Part shown: positions 1 through 7,984 of the stretch, one piece after another
Position numbering within the stretch: the stretch's first letter is position 1
Layout: the number at the start of each line of letters is the position of its first letter
Source of the DNA: a virus
Lineage: Duplodnaviria; Heunggongvirae; Uroviricota; Caudoviricetes
Length of the DNA stretch: 32,093 nucleotides
Virus record (IMG/VR): IMGVR_UViG_2698536480_000001
Location: 1-32,093 of that record
Direction: 5' to 3' (one strand)
Notes under the pieces: generated by a model
The model's database searches: none
The model's input: the letters and a program-made list of their open reading frames with translations, nothing else
Told to the model about the DNA's origin: nothing
Position numbers and translations under genes: made by a program

Positions 1-14
1 AAACCCGGGGCGGT

Positions 15-641
15 TCAGTGAATGGCATTATCCAGTCGCTGGGCTTTAGGCCAGTATTTGCTGGCGCGTTTAACTATGGTTTTACGCGCCATCTCTTCCC
101 AGAATGTCTTCCACGGTCCATTCTTTGCCTTGCTCGTTGCTTCCACAGCTTTAATTTCTGCCAGACTCATTTCTTCAGTCAGGTAGTCACCATCTGCTGT
201 TTTAACCGTGCAATAACCACCAACAATAGAGCCTCGTTCACCAAATGCGTTGTATTTGTGAGTTGGTGCTGAATCAAGGCCATTTGATTCATAGGTGTCG
301 TTTGAGTACACCAGTTTGCATTGCCCCCACTTAATTGATCCTGTCGACTGTGCAAGGTGAAGTAATCCCATATAGCTGATATCAAGGCAAACCATGCCGT
401 CGCGCGGAACTAGATAAGCAAGTTTGCTGGCCGGGTTTAAGGTGATGCCGATCGCCGCAACGTTGATGATAGCGTTCTGTGCGCTGGTCGGATTTGCCAG
501 TGCCGTTTTAGCCAGGTAATCATTTTTCTGGAAATACTGAATTGCAAACTGGCTTTCCTTAGCCCATGTCACCGTCTGTTCAGTCAATGCTCCGCAGAAT
601 AACTGCTCCTGCTGTTTAACGAATTCAACGATATTGCTCAT
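15..641 (-). CDS. recT: RecT-family single-strand annealing recombinase
   Basis: 208-aa ORF; C-terminal segment NGPWKTFWEEMARKTIVKRASKYWP resembles the conserved RecT motif (NGPW..HWEEMAKKT); ATG at 641 overlaps the upstream gene stop (ATGA). Confidence 0.85.
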   Translation of the reverse strand: MSNIVEFVKQQEQLFCGALTEQTVTWAKESQFAIQYFQKNDYLAKTALANPTSAQNAIINVAAIGITLNPASKLAYLVPRDGMVCLDISYMGLLHLAQSTGSIKWGQCKLVYSNDTYESNGLDSAPTHKYNAFGERGSIVGGYCTVKTADGDYLTEEMSLAEIKAVEATSKAKNGPWKTFWEEMARKTIVKRASKYWPKAQRLDNAIH

Positions 642-949
642 GCAGCTTCTCCAAAAATGTGTCTGCGTTTAAATATTGAGAAGGCATATTCAGCCTTAAC
701 TCTTTCGGTTATTGCATCCCAGAACCATTCAGCGGCTTTTTCCTGATAGTTACAGTCATCATCTTCCAGCCAGTCGATAGCGTCCTTAGTGTGTTCATCT
801 GGTTTATATGAGCGAAGCATTTCGCTTATTGGGTCGCAACGTTTGCAGAGGCGATCAACTTCACTGTTGATTCGCTCGTAATCTTCATCAGTAAAACTTG
901 CGATAATTTGCGATATTTCACGCTTATCATTCAGAGTCAGAATCATCAT
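638..949 (-). CDS. hypothetical early-left operon protein (103 aa, acidic)
   Basis: ORF translationally coupled to recT by ATGA overlap at 638-641; no recognisable family. Confidence 0.55.
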   Translation of the reverse strand: MMILTLNDKREISQIIASFTDEDYERINSEVDRLCKRCDPISEMLRSYKPDEHTKDAIDWLEDDDCNYQEKAAEWFWDAITERVKAEYAFSIFKRRHIFGEAA

Positions 950-1167
950 CTTTCTCCTGTTCTTTGTGCTGATTGAGCATTTTGTTCATCTGACGAATGA
1001 ATTCTTCGTCTGACCAGTTATCTGTAAAACTCATTTCCTGCGATACCACGGAAGGTTGATAGCTGATTTCATCGCTTTATTTGCTTCAAGCCACATTTTG
1101 GAATCACCAATAAATCTGGCTATTACTGCTTTGTTCTGTGCTGCACGAAGTATCTGGTGATTGATGG

Positions 1168-1353
1168 CTATTTCATTGCGCATAACGCCTCCAGTTGTTT
1201 CTTTGCTGCTCTGATTAATTGTTTAACTCGGCGTGATAATTCAGATTCGTGCGGGTAGAAAGCGGACATGACGCCGCTACCCGCGAGCTGAAAGTGCATC
1301 ATGGGTAACTCCTTATATTTGATTGCATAACGAAAATGCCTCTCGTGAAGCAT
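1168..1353 (-). CDS. hypothetical small protein (61 aa)
   Basis: ORF in the same orientation as the early-left operon; short, no recognisable family. Confidence 0.35.
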   Translation of the reverse strand: MLHERHFRYAIKYKELPMMHFQLAGSGVMSAFYPHESELSRRVKQLIRAAKKQLEALCAMK

Positions 1354-1377
1354 TATTGGTATGCGGTAAAGCCGCGC

Positions 1378-1746
1378 TCAGGCGGCTTTGATAGTCATAT
1401 CATCTGGATCAAATATTCCTGATGTATCGATATCGGTAATTCTTATTCCTTCGCTACCATCCATTGGAGGCCATCCTTCCTGACCATTTCCATCATTCCA
1501 GTCGAACTCACACACAACACCATATGCATTTAAGTCGCTTGAAATTGCTATAAGCAGAGCATGTTGCGCCAGCATGATTAATACAGCATTTAATACAGAG
1601 CCGTGTTTATTGAGTCGGTATTCAGAGTCTGACCAGAAATTATTAATCTGGTGAAGTTTTTCCTCTGTCATTACGTCATGGTCGATTTCAATTTCTATTG
1701 ATGCTTTCCAGTCGTAATCAATGATGTATTTTTTGATGTTTGACAT
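1378..1746 (-). CDS. hypothetical early-left operon protein (122 aa, acidic)
   Basis: ORF co-oriented with the early-left operon; ATG at 1746 follows a purine-rich stretch; no recognisable family. Confidence 0.55.
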   Translation of the reverse strand: MSNIKKYIIDYDWKASIEIEIDHDVMTEEKLHQINNFWSDSEYRLNKHGSVLNAVLIMLAQHALLIAISSDLNAYGVVCEFDWNDGNGQEGWPPMDGSEGIRITDIDTSGIFDPDDMTIKAA

Positions 1747-1762
1747 CTATTCATATCCTCAT

Positions 1763-1792
1763 AGATAAAAAATCGCCCTCACACTGGAGGGC
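1763..1792 (-). terminator. putative intrinsic terminator in the early-left operon (tL-like)
   Basis: On the - strand GCCCTC-CAGTGT-GAGGGC hairpin (plus 1775-1792) followed by a U-run (plus 1764-1770 is AAAAAAT). Confidence 0.45.
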
Positions 1793-1928
1793 AAAGAAGA
1801 TTTCCAATAATCAGAACAAGTCGGCCCCTGTTTAGTTACGAGCGACATTGCTCCGTGTATTCACTCGTTGGAATGAATACACAGTGCAGTGTTTATTCTG
1901 TTATTTATGCCAAAAATAAAGGCCACTA

Positions 1929-2129
1929 TCAGGCAGCTTTGTTGTTCTGTTTACCAAGTTCTCTGGCAATCATTGCCGTCGTTCGTATTGCCCATTTATC
2001 GACATATTTCCCATCTTCCATTACAGGAAACATTTCTTCAGGCTTAACCATGCATTCCGATTGCAGCTTGCATCCATTGCATCGTTTGAATTGTCCACAC
2101 CATTGATTTTTATCAATGGTCGTAGTCAT
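1929..2129 (-). CDS. hypothetical small Cys-rich protein (66 aa)
   Basis: ORF with C-x5-C-x2-C-x5-C spacing (CGQFKRCNGCKLQSEC), suggestive of a zinc ribbon; preceded by a 29-codon acidic ORF (2110-2199) with ATGA-type overlap. Confidence 0.5.
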   Translation of the reverse strand: MTTTIDKNQWCGQFKRCNGCKLQSECMVKPEEMFPVMEDGKYVDKWAIRTTAMIARELGKQNNKAA

Positions 2130-2399
2130 ACGGATAGTCCTGGTATTGTTCCATCACATCCTGCGGATGCTCTTCGAACTCTTCAAATTCTTCTTCCATA
2201 TATCACCTCAAATAAGTTGTTTGCTGCGAAAGTAAATACGCTTAAGTTACCTGTTATTTATCCCACCAAGTTCCGTATCTATCTATCCAGTTACACCAAT
2301 CATCGACACTCCATTTTGTTGTGTCGCATTTTGGCAACTGGCATGAATATCTACCTTCTTTGTAAAGTCGGCGTTTGACTTTCTTGAGCATGGCTCACC

Positions 2400-2705
2400 T
2401 CAATCGTAATAAGCTGGAATTGATTTTCCGCGTTGCTTCTGGCGGCCTGAACAAGTCACACCCATTTCACTGCGTGGCTTGCGGTAGTAAATACGGTTCT
2501 GTTTACGCTCGACTTCTTCTGCCTTCTTGCAGCGAAGGCTTCCGAGTGATGCTGCTTTATCTGCTCTGACGCAACCAGAGAGCTTTAGCGCAATTTTTCG
2601 CGCCAGTCGCTGCTCTTGCATTGCCTGTTCACGTTGAGCCTGTCTGCGTGCTCTGCGGCGATTTCTGGCGTTATCGTCAGCCAGTTATGTAATGACTACT
2701 GTCAT
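2400..2705 (-). pseudogene. N: antitermination protein N (phi21/P22-type), interrupted by an in-frame TAA at codon 7
   Basis: C-terminal part (SGCVRADKAASLGSLRCKKAEEVERKQNRIYY...GVTCSGRQK) resembles phi21 N. Strong RBS GGAGG plus ATG at 2705 gives MTVVIT then TAA (plus 2685-2687), then an in-frame arginine-rich motif NARNRRRARRQAQREQA with no ATG/GTG/TTG before it. Confidence 0.6.
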
Positions 2706-2812
2706 GTTGACCTCCGATGATTGACTTTGGCGGTGACGCGCCGGGTGCTTATCTTCCGGTTGCCGTCGTGCAGCTGCACTTCACGTCACCCCAAAGCCAA
2801 CTACTCTTTGGT

Positions 2813-2864
2813 TCCCGCATTTCGGCGGGACAATCCCATCAATGTTAAAGAGCCTGCCAATCTG
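2813..2864 (-). promoter_or_regulatory. nutL (boxA plus boxB hairpin)
   Basis: On the - strand GCTCTTTAACA (boxA, plus 2853-2864) followed by hairpin UCCCGC-CGAAAU-GCGGGA (plus 2813-2830); the same boxA and boxB recur downstream of cro. Confidence 0.55.
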
Positions 2865-2899
2865 TTCCGTTTGGCTTCCAGCGTCATGCTGATGGCTAA

Positions 2900-2986
2900 A
2901 GAATACTGTAGGTATTTTATTGTGTAAATACCCAAGGTATTTATTTTTGATGAAATAATGATAAGCAAATGAATACAAAGGATATT
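2900..2986 (-). promoter_or_regulatory. OL operators and pL promoter
   Basis: Three 15-bp sites of the form AATAC-N5-GTATT/ATATT at 2902-2916, 2927-2941 and 2972-2986; on the - strand -35 TTTACA (plus 2923-2928), 17-bp spacer, -10 TATTCT (plus 2900-2905). Confidence 0.5.
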
Positions 2987-3072
2987 TATTTTTTCGGTGT
3001 CTGCTTGTTCAGTGCTTTTTATGCGGGATATGTGAAGTGGATCCCGATAGCTATTGCTGCCGGGATTATAGG

Positions 3073-3441
3073 TTAGTCAGCGAAGGTTAAGACGAGAATT
3101 ACCTTAATGATGTCTGCTACAACAGACACGGCCATAGATAAACCAAAGACGATCCAAGCCACAGTGATGTCTTCACTACCATCGTATAGAGTTCCGTAAT
3201 CACTGGTGTAAGGCGTAAATGTCGCGCCTTGATACAATAGGTATAAGCTTGATCCATAGAGGATAAATGCAGATATCCCTTGTATTGCTATGATCACCAG
3301 AATCATGAAACGAGCTGATCTATGCGCCCAAGCCTGGCTTATTTTTTCTGATAGAGATTTCGCAATAAAAGCATGCGCTAAGCCGTAAATTGTCGAGATT
3401 GCCAACATCCCAAAAAAGCTTGCTATAGCGGTTCCAACCAT
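3073..3441 (-). CDS. small polytopic membrane protein co-transcribed with cI (3-4 predicted TM helices)
   Basis: ORF immediately downstream of cI; ATG at 3441 with RBS AAGGGG 5 nt upstream (alternative TTG at 3462 overlaps the cI stop); hydrophobic segments throughout. Confidence 0.7.
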   Translation of the reverse strand: MVGTAIASFFGMLAISTIYGLAHAFIAKSLSEKISQAWAHRSARFMILVIIAIQGISAFILYGSSLYLLYQGATFTPYTSDYGTLYDGSEDITVAWIVFGLSMAVSVVADIIKVILVLTFAD

Positions 3442-3458
3442 AATCGCCCCTTGCGTGA

Positions 3459-4175
3459 TCAAACCAGCCTTAGTTTTGTCTCAATTGCAACGCCTATAAT
3501 CTTGCAGTTTCCATTGATTGGCACGAGAGGCCATGCAGGATTAAGTCCCTTGAGGTATTTATTTCCGCCGTCGATTATCAGCTTCTTGAATGTTGCTTCG
3601 TTAGAGTCAGAAAGTTTTGCTATGACCAAGCTGCCGTTGATCGCCTCCCTTCCGGTATCGAAAAGAACGAATGTTCCCTCTGGAATGCTTAACCCAACCG
3701 GTGCCGTCATTGAATCACCTTCCACTTTAAGCCAGAACGCATTACCTTGAATATGCGCGTCAGACTCAAGCCAAACATCTATGTCTTTAATGGTGTATGG
3801 TTCGCATGCTTCACACCACGAGCCAGCCTGGATACTGCTTAACACCGGATACCTCTTTCCTGCTCTGTATTCCCCTGCATACCTTACGTTGGCATCGCTC
3901 TTAAGGCTTTCTGCCTGTTCTGCAACCTTGGCAGCAATTGACTGGCTAAAATCAGCAATTGAGACTTGCAACAGCCGTGCAAAACCAGATGCAACCTCAA
4001 CGTTTAGCGCGTTTCTGCCATTAAGATAATGCCCTACCGCTCCTTGGGTGATACCCAGTTCATCAGCGATTGAGTATTGGGTTATTCCCAATTCTTTCTT
4101 TTTTGACTCATACAAAGCCTTAAGCCGCTTAGCGTCTTCGAGCTGTTCTGTCGTCAGTGATTTTTTATTTTCCAT
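3459..4175 (-). CDS. cI: CI-type prophage repressor (HTH plus LexA-like S24 peptidase domain)
   Basis: 238 aa; N-terminal HTH (QYSIADELGITQGAVGHYLNG), C-terminal autocleavage domain with GDSM serine motif and a conserved lysine further downstream; divergent from cro across an operator region. Confidence 0.92.
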   Translation of the reverse strand: MENKKSLTTEQLEDAKRLKALYESKKKELGITQYSIADELGITQGAVGHYLNGRNALNVEVASGFARLLQVSIADFSQSIAAKVAEQAESLKSDANVRYAGEYRAGKRYPVLSSIQAGSWCEACEPYTIKDIDVWLESDAHIQGNAFWLKVEGDSMTAPVGLSIPEGTFVLFDTGREAINGSLVIAKLSDSNEATFKKLIIDGGNKYLKGLNPAWPLVPINGNCKIIGVAIETKLRLV

Positions 4176-4204
4176 AGCTTAATTCTAATAGCTAAGGTAC
4201 TTAA

Positions 4205-4262
4205 ACTAAAAATACCCTGAGTATTGATTGCTTTGAATACCTGTAGTATTCTTTGTTCATGG
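4205..4262 (+). promoter_or_regulatory. OR operators with PR promoter
   Basis: Operator sites AATACCCTGAGTATT (4211-4225) and AATACCTGTAGTATT (4236-4250) matching the OL sites; PR -35 TTGATT (4224-4229), 17-bp spacer, -10 TATTCT (4247-4252). Confidence 0.5.
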
Positions 4263-4281
4263 TTAATAACGGAGAGTGCAT

Positions 4282-4476
4282 ATGATTCGAATGACACTTG
4301 CCGATTACGCCAAAATCCATGGACAGGCTAAAGCAGCCAGTGACTTTGGTGTAATCCAGTGCGCTATCAGCAAGGCCATTCTGGCAGGTCGTAACATTAT
4401 GGTTACGGTAAAGCCTGATGGCAGTGTGATTGGAGAGGAAGTTCGTCCTTTCCCAAGCAACAAGAAAAACAAATAG
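4282..4476 (+). CDS. cro: Cro repressor (lambda Cro-like)
   Basis: [62 protein letters not shown] closely parallels lambda Cro ([59 protein letters not shown]); SD GGAGAG 5 nt before the ATG at 4282. Confidence 0.88.
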   Translation: MIRMTLADYAKIHGQAKAASDFGVIQCAISKAILAGRNIMVTVKPDGSVIGEEVRPFPSNKKNK

Positions 4477-4482
4477 TAACAC

Positions 4483-4526
4483 CGCTCTTTAACAGTCATG
4501 GTCCTCATTCCCGCCGAAATGCGGGA
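4483..4526 (+). promoter_or_regulatory. nutR (boxA CGCTCTTTAACA plus boxB hairpin)
   Basis: CGCTCTTTAACA at 4483-4494 and hairpin TCCCGC-CGAAAT-GCGGGA at 4509-4526, identical to the nutL boxB; followed by inverted repeat GCGCAT-N6-ATGCGC (tR1 region). Confidence 0.6.
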
Positions 4527-4584
4527 ATACAACGCGCATAAGTTGATGCGCATAACTTCTTATTAGTTAAGGAAATACTTACAT

Positions 4585-4863
4585 ATGCAACTTACAAGTA
4601 CTCGCAAGAAAGCGAATGCAATTACAAGCAACATCCTGAATCGAATTGCTGTACGTGGTCAGCGAAAGGTTGCCGACGCGTTAGGGATTAATGAATCGCA
4701 AATTTCGCGATGGAAAGACAGCTTCATCCCCAAAATGGGAATGCTTCTTGCTGTTCTTGAATGGGGTGTTGAAGACGAGGAGTTGGCGGAACTGGCTAAG
4801 AAAGTAGCCAGAATGCTGACAAAAGAAAAAGCCCCGAAGAACGGCGAATTCTTCGAGGCCTGA
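4585..4863 (+). CDS. cII: CII transcriptional activator
   Basis: 92 aa; segment QISRWKDSFIPKMGMLLAVLEWGVED matches lambda CII (QISRWKRDWIPKFSMLLAVLEWGV). Confidence 0.85.
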   Translation: MQLTSTRKKANAITSNILNRIAVRGQRKVADALGINESQISRWKDSFIPKMGMLLAVLEWGVEDEELAELAKKVARMLTKEKAPKNGEFFEA

Positions 4864-4897
4864 TGTAGAAAGACTGGATCAATCCACAGGAGTCATT

Positions 4898-5059
4898 ATG
4901 ACAAAACGTCGTAAGAAATACCAGGAAAAAGAAGAGATTCGACACCCTGATTCACCTGAGGGATTAGTGGTAGCCGCAGCAAATAACAGGGCGTTCGCAG
5001 AGCGCCTTGTTGGTGTTTACAGACTAGCCAAAGCAGGAGTGAAGCATGGGCGTCGTTAA
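4898..5059 (+). CDS. hypothetical small basic protein (53 aa)
   Basis: ATG at 4898 preceded by AGGAG; fills the cII-to-O gap; below the ORF-track size cut-off, so weakly supported. Confidence 0.3.
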   Translation: MTKRRKKYQEKEEIRHPDSPEGLVVAAANNRAFAERLVGVYRLAKAGVKHGRR

Positions 5060-5108
5060 GTTAGCTGATTACAGGCATAACCCTGTACAACATCAGGAGG
5101 CATCCAGT

Positions 5109-5936
5109 ATGGGGTATGTCTCTATACACCGCCAGTTTATGGACAGCAGGCTCTATAAGGACTCTCAGGCAGTACATCTTTGGCTTCACTTAATCCTCAA
5201 GGCTAATCACGAATCTACTGTCGTCAATACGGATATCGGGCCGATAACTGTTGATCGCGGTCAGATGATAACTGGACGCCCGTCGCTGGTCAGAGAAACA
5301 TTCATCCCCGACAACAAAGTTCGGAGCTTATTACGGACTTTTGAGTCGAAAGGGATGCTTAATATTTGCTCGATGGGGAAGAAATTTAGCCTGTTTACAA
5401 TCGTTAAATATGACGATTTTCAGGCAAAAAATTGTCCAACGGTTGTCCAACGGTTGTCCAACGCAAACACAAGTAATGGCGCGGCTCTCAGCGGAGATTG
5501 TCCAACGGTTGTCCAACGGTTGTCCATAAACAATAATATAAATAATATCTCTAATACTGACGTATTAGAGAGTGCCACAGCAGACAAAAAGTCTGACAAG
5601 AAAAAACCTCCCGTCAGCTGTCAGGATGTTGTCGATGCTTACCACGAAATCCTTCCTGAAGCGCCAAGAATCCGCGCACTGAATGACAAGCGTAAAAACC
5701 AGATCCGAACGTTCTGGCGCAAAGCCGGAGTGATAACCCGCCAGCTTGACGGGCATGGGTTCACGATGCAGGACTGGAGAAATTATTTGAGCTACGTAGG
5801 CGAAAATTGCCGATGGATGTTCGAAGAGCGTCCAAACCATCAACGCGGAACCGTCTGGCACAAAAAGGGATTTGATTTCCTGCTTAACGACAATACCTAC
5901 CTGAAAGTTCGTGAGGGTGAACACGATGACCGATAA
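5109..5936 (+). CDS. replication initiator protein (O-type), with origin iterons inside the coding sequence
   Basis: ATG at 5109 with SD AGGAGG 8 nt upstream (track start 5046 is less likely); gene contains the iteron array and ends overlapping the helicase gene, as in lambda O and P22 gene 18. Confidence 0.8.
   Translation: MGYVSIHRQFMDSRLYKDSQAVHLWLHLILKANHESTVVNTDIGPITVDRGQMITGRPSLVRETFIPDNKVRSLLRTFESKGMLNICSMGKKFSLFTIVKYDDFQAKNCPTVVQRLSNANTSNGAALSGDCPTVVQRLSINNNINNISNTDVLESATADKKSDKKKPPVSCQDVVDAYHEILPEAPRIRALNDKRKNQIRTFWRKAGVITRQLDGHGFTMQDWRNYLSYVGENCRWMFEERPNHQRGTVWHKKGFDFLLNDNTYLKVREGEHDDR
5432..5531. repeat. origin of replication: six tandem 11-bp iterons (TTGTCCAACGG) in two triplets plus an AT-rich tract
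   Basis: TTGTCCAACGG repeated at 5432, 5443, 5454 and 5499, 5510, 5521 (last copies degenerate), followed by AT-rich ATAAACAATAATATAAATAATATCT. Confidence 0.7.
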
Positions 5937-7362
5937 TTTTTATGCGCCGCCCCATAGCATCGAGGCAGAGCAGGCGGTGATTGGTGGATTGCTTCTGGAT
6001 GATGACAGCAGTGAGCGCGTCCAGAAAGTTCTGGCGATGCTGAAGCCCGATTCATTTTACAGCCGACCACACAAAATCCTTTTCGAAGAAATAACCAGAA
6101 TGCACCGGGAGCAAAAGCCAGTAGATGGCCTGACGCTTTTCGATGAACTGGAGCGTAAATCGTTAACGGTGTCTGTTGGCGGTTTTGCTTATATCGCTGA
6201 GATCGCAAAGAACACGCCAAGCGCAGCAAACATCGTTGCCTATGCAATGCAGGTTCGTGAAACCGCAATGGAACGCTACGCCATCAACCGCATGACTGAA
6301 GCGACGGAATTGCTCTATTCCCGCAACGGAATGACTGCGACGCAGAAGTACGAAGCTATTCAGGCGATTTTCACGCAACTGACAGACCATGCAAAAACCG
6401 GATCGCGTCGCGGCCTTCGCTCATTTGGTGAGGTCATGGAAGACTGGGTTAGCGACCTTGAGAAGCGATTTGACCCGTCAGGCGAACAACGAGGAATGAG
6501 CACAGGGATCCCATCGCTGGACAGGATGCTGTCACCGAAAGGTCTGGTGAAAGGCTCTCTGTTTGTCATTGGCGCTCGCCCTAAGATGGGGAAAACGACG
6601 CTATACAGCCAGATGGCAATCAACTGCGCAGTGCATGAGAAAAAGCCCGCTCTGATGTTCAGCCTTGAAATGCCAGGTGATCAGATACTGGAAAAACTGG
6701 TAGGGCAGAAGTCAGGTGTTAACCCGAATATTTTTTACCTTCCGGCGACAAATGACGCTGATGACGGCTATCAGGGTGATTACGATGGTGACTTCAACAG
6801 GGCGATCGAAACAGCTAATCGTTTGAGTGAAATCGACCTGCTTTACATCGACGACACGCCGGGATTATCTCTGGCTCAAATCGTCAGCGAAAGCCGTCGA
6901 ATCAAGCGAGAAAAAGGATGTGTTGGCATGATTCTGGTCGATTACCTGACACTAATGACCGCTGAGAAGGCCGATCGCAACGACCTTGCTTACGGCATGA
7001 TCACCAAAGGACTGAAGAACCTTGCCAAAGAGCTTGATTGCGTTGTTGTGCTTCTGACGCAGCTTAACCGCGCACTGGAAAGCAGAACCAATAAACGCCC
7101 ATTACCAAGTGACTCACGAGATACAGGGCAAATTGAACAGGATTGCGATTATTGGGTGGGGATCCATCGTGAAGGTGCTTTTGATGACAGTGTTCCACCT
7201 GGTGAAACCGAACTAATCCTTCGTCTCAATCGTCATGGCAATACCGGCACGGTGTATTGCATTCAGGCAAATGGCGCTATTTATGACACAGACCAACAGT
7301 CTGCTGAAATGCGCCGCCGTGAACGCGAGGAACCGCAGTCCAAGAAGAAAGGAGGATTCTGA
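5926..7362 (+). CDS. DnaB-family replicative helicase (P22 gene 12-like)
   Basis: 478 aa from the ATG at 5926 (SD GAGGGTG); Walker A GARPKMGKTT and a DnaB-like C-terminal RecA fold; N-terminal IEAEQAVIGGLL motif typical of DnaB. Confidence 0.92.
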   Translation: MTDNFYAPPHSIEAEQAVIGGLLLDDDSSERVQKVLAMLKPDSFYSRPHKILFEEITRMHREQKPVDGLTLFDELERKSLTVSVGGFAYIAEIAKNTPSAANIVAYAMQVRETAMERYAINRMTEATELLYSRNGMTATQKYEAIQAIFTQLTDHAKTGSRRGLRSFGEVMEDWVSDLEKRFDPSGEQRGMSTGIPSLDRMLSPKGLVKGSLFVIGARPKMGKTTLYSQMAINCAVHEKKPALMFSLEMPGDQILEKLVGQKSGVNPNIFYLPATNDADDGYQGDYDGDFNRAIETANRLSEIDLLYIDDTPGLSLAQIVSESRRIKREKGCVGMILVDYLTLMTAEKADRNDLAYGMITKGLKNLAKELDCVVVLLTQLNRALESRTNKRPLPSDSRDTGQIEQDCDYWVGIHREGAFDDSVPPGETELILRLNRHGNTGTVYCIQANGAIYDTDQQSAEMRRREREEPQSKKKGGF

Positions 7363-7437
7363 TGACCATCTACATCACTGAGCTAATAACAGGCCTGCTG
7401 GTAATCGCAGGCCTTTTTATTTGGGGGAGAGTAAATC

Positions 7438-7644
7438 GTGGTTGAGTTGATTTTCTCTGCATTGAGGCTTCTCGGTGCTATGTGGATGGTGGCGACGTTC
7501 ATTGTAGTTGCTGGCTGTTTTGTCCGGTTGGTAGGCGAAGGTAAAGACCTGGTTGGTGTGCTTTTCGGTAGCATTTTCCTGTGGGTGATTATCGGTGTTA
7601 TGCCTGTCGCTGTAGCAAAAATGGCGTGGCGTTTTGTGAGTTGA
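7438..7644 (+). CDS. hypothetical small membrane protein (68 aa, two hydrophobic helices)
   Basis: GTG start at 7438 with SD GGGGGAGAG 6 nt upstream; strongly hydrophobic; preceded by a 26-codon hydrophobic ORF (7362-7442) coupled to the helicase stop. Confidence 0.4.
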   Translation: MVELIFSALRLLGAMWMVATFIVVAGCFVRLVGEGKDLVGVLFGSIFLWVIIGVMPVAVAKMAWRFVS

Positions 7645-7661
7645 ACTGAGGGTAAGTATCG

Positions 7662-7982
7662 ATGGACGAATCAAGAAAGCAGTTTGAAGAAAGTTGGTTG
7701 CGACGTGGAGGCGAATCTTCAGACCTTATCCGTTACCCTGAAAATCACCATGAAATTGGCAGTGGTGATATTGGTGGTCAATACGTGATGGACGATGTTC
7801 AAGGCCACTGGCAAACGTGGCAGGCATCGCGAGCAGCTATTGAAATAACCGCGCCAAAGTTTATCGACAGCAGAGAAGCATTAGCCAAAGGGTTTACTGT
7901 TGATTATTCCAATGGCTTCGGTGATGCAATGGATGCTTATGAGGAAAACATCCGCGCTGCTGGAATCAAAGTGAAGGAGTGA
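7662..7982 (+). CDS. hypothetical nin-region protein (106 aa)
   Basis: ATG at 7662 with SD GAGGGTAAG; no recognisable family. Confidence 0.6.
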   Translation: MDESRKQFEESWLRRGGESSDLIRYPENHHEIGSGDIGGQYVMDDVQGHWQTWQASRAAIEITAPKFIDSREALAKGFTVDYSNGFGDAMDAYEENIRAAGIKVKE

Positions 7983-7984
7983 GC

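Noticed and set aside
2721-2927. 68-aa ORF on the + strand
   Set aside because: It spans the nutL and pL/OL regulatory region antisense to the early-left transcript; spurious.
5432-5531. Short tandem direct repeats that could be taken for a CRISPR array
   Set aside because: The repeats are 11 bp with no spacers and lie inside the initiator ORF next to an AT-rich tract; these are origin iterons.
5897-6268. 123-aa ORF on the - strand
   Set aside because: Lies entirely antisense within the DnaB-type helicase gene, has no RBS and an Arg/Cys-rich composition typical of an antisense frame.
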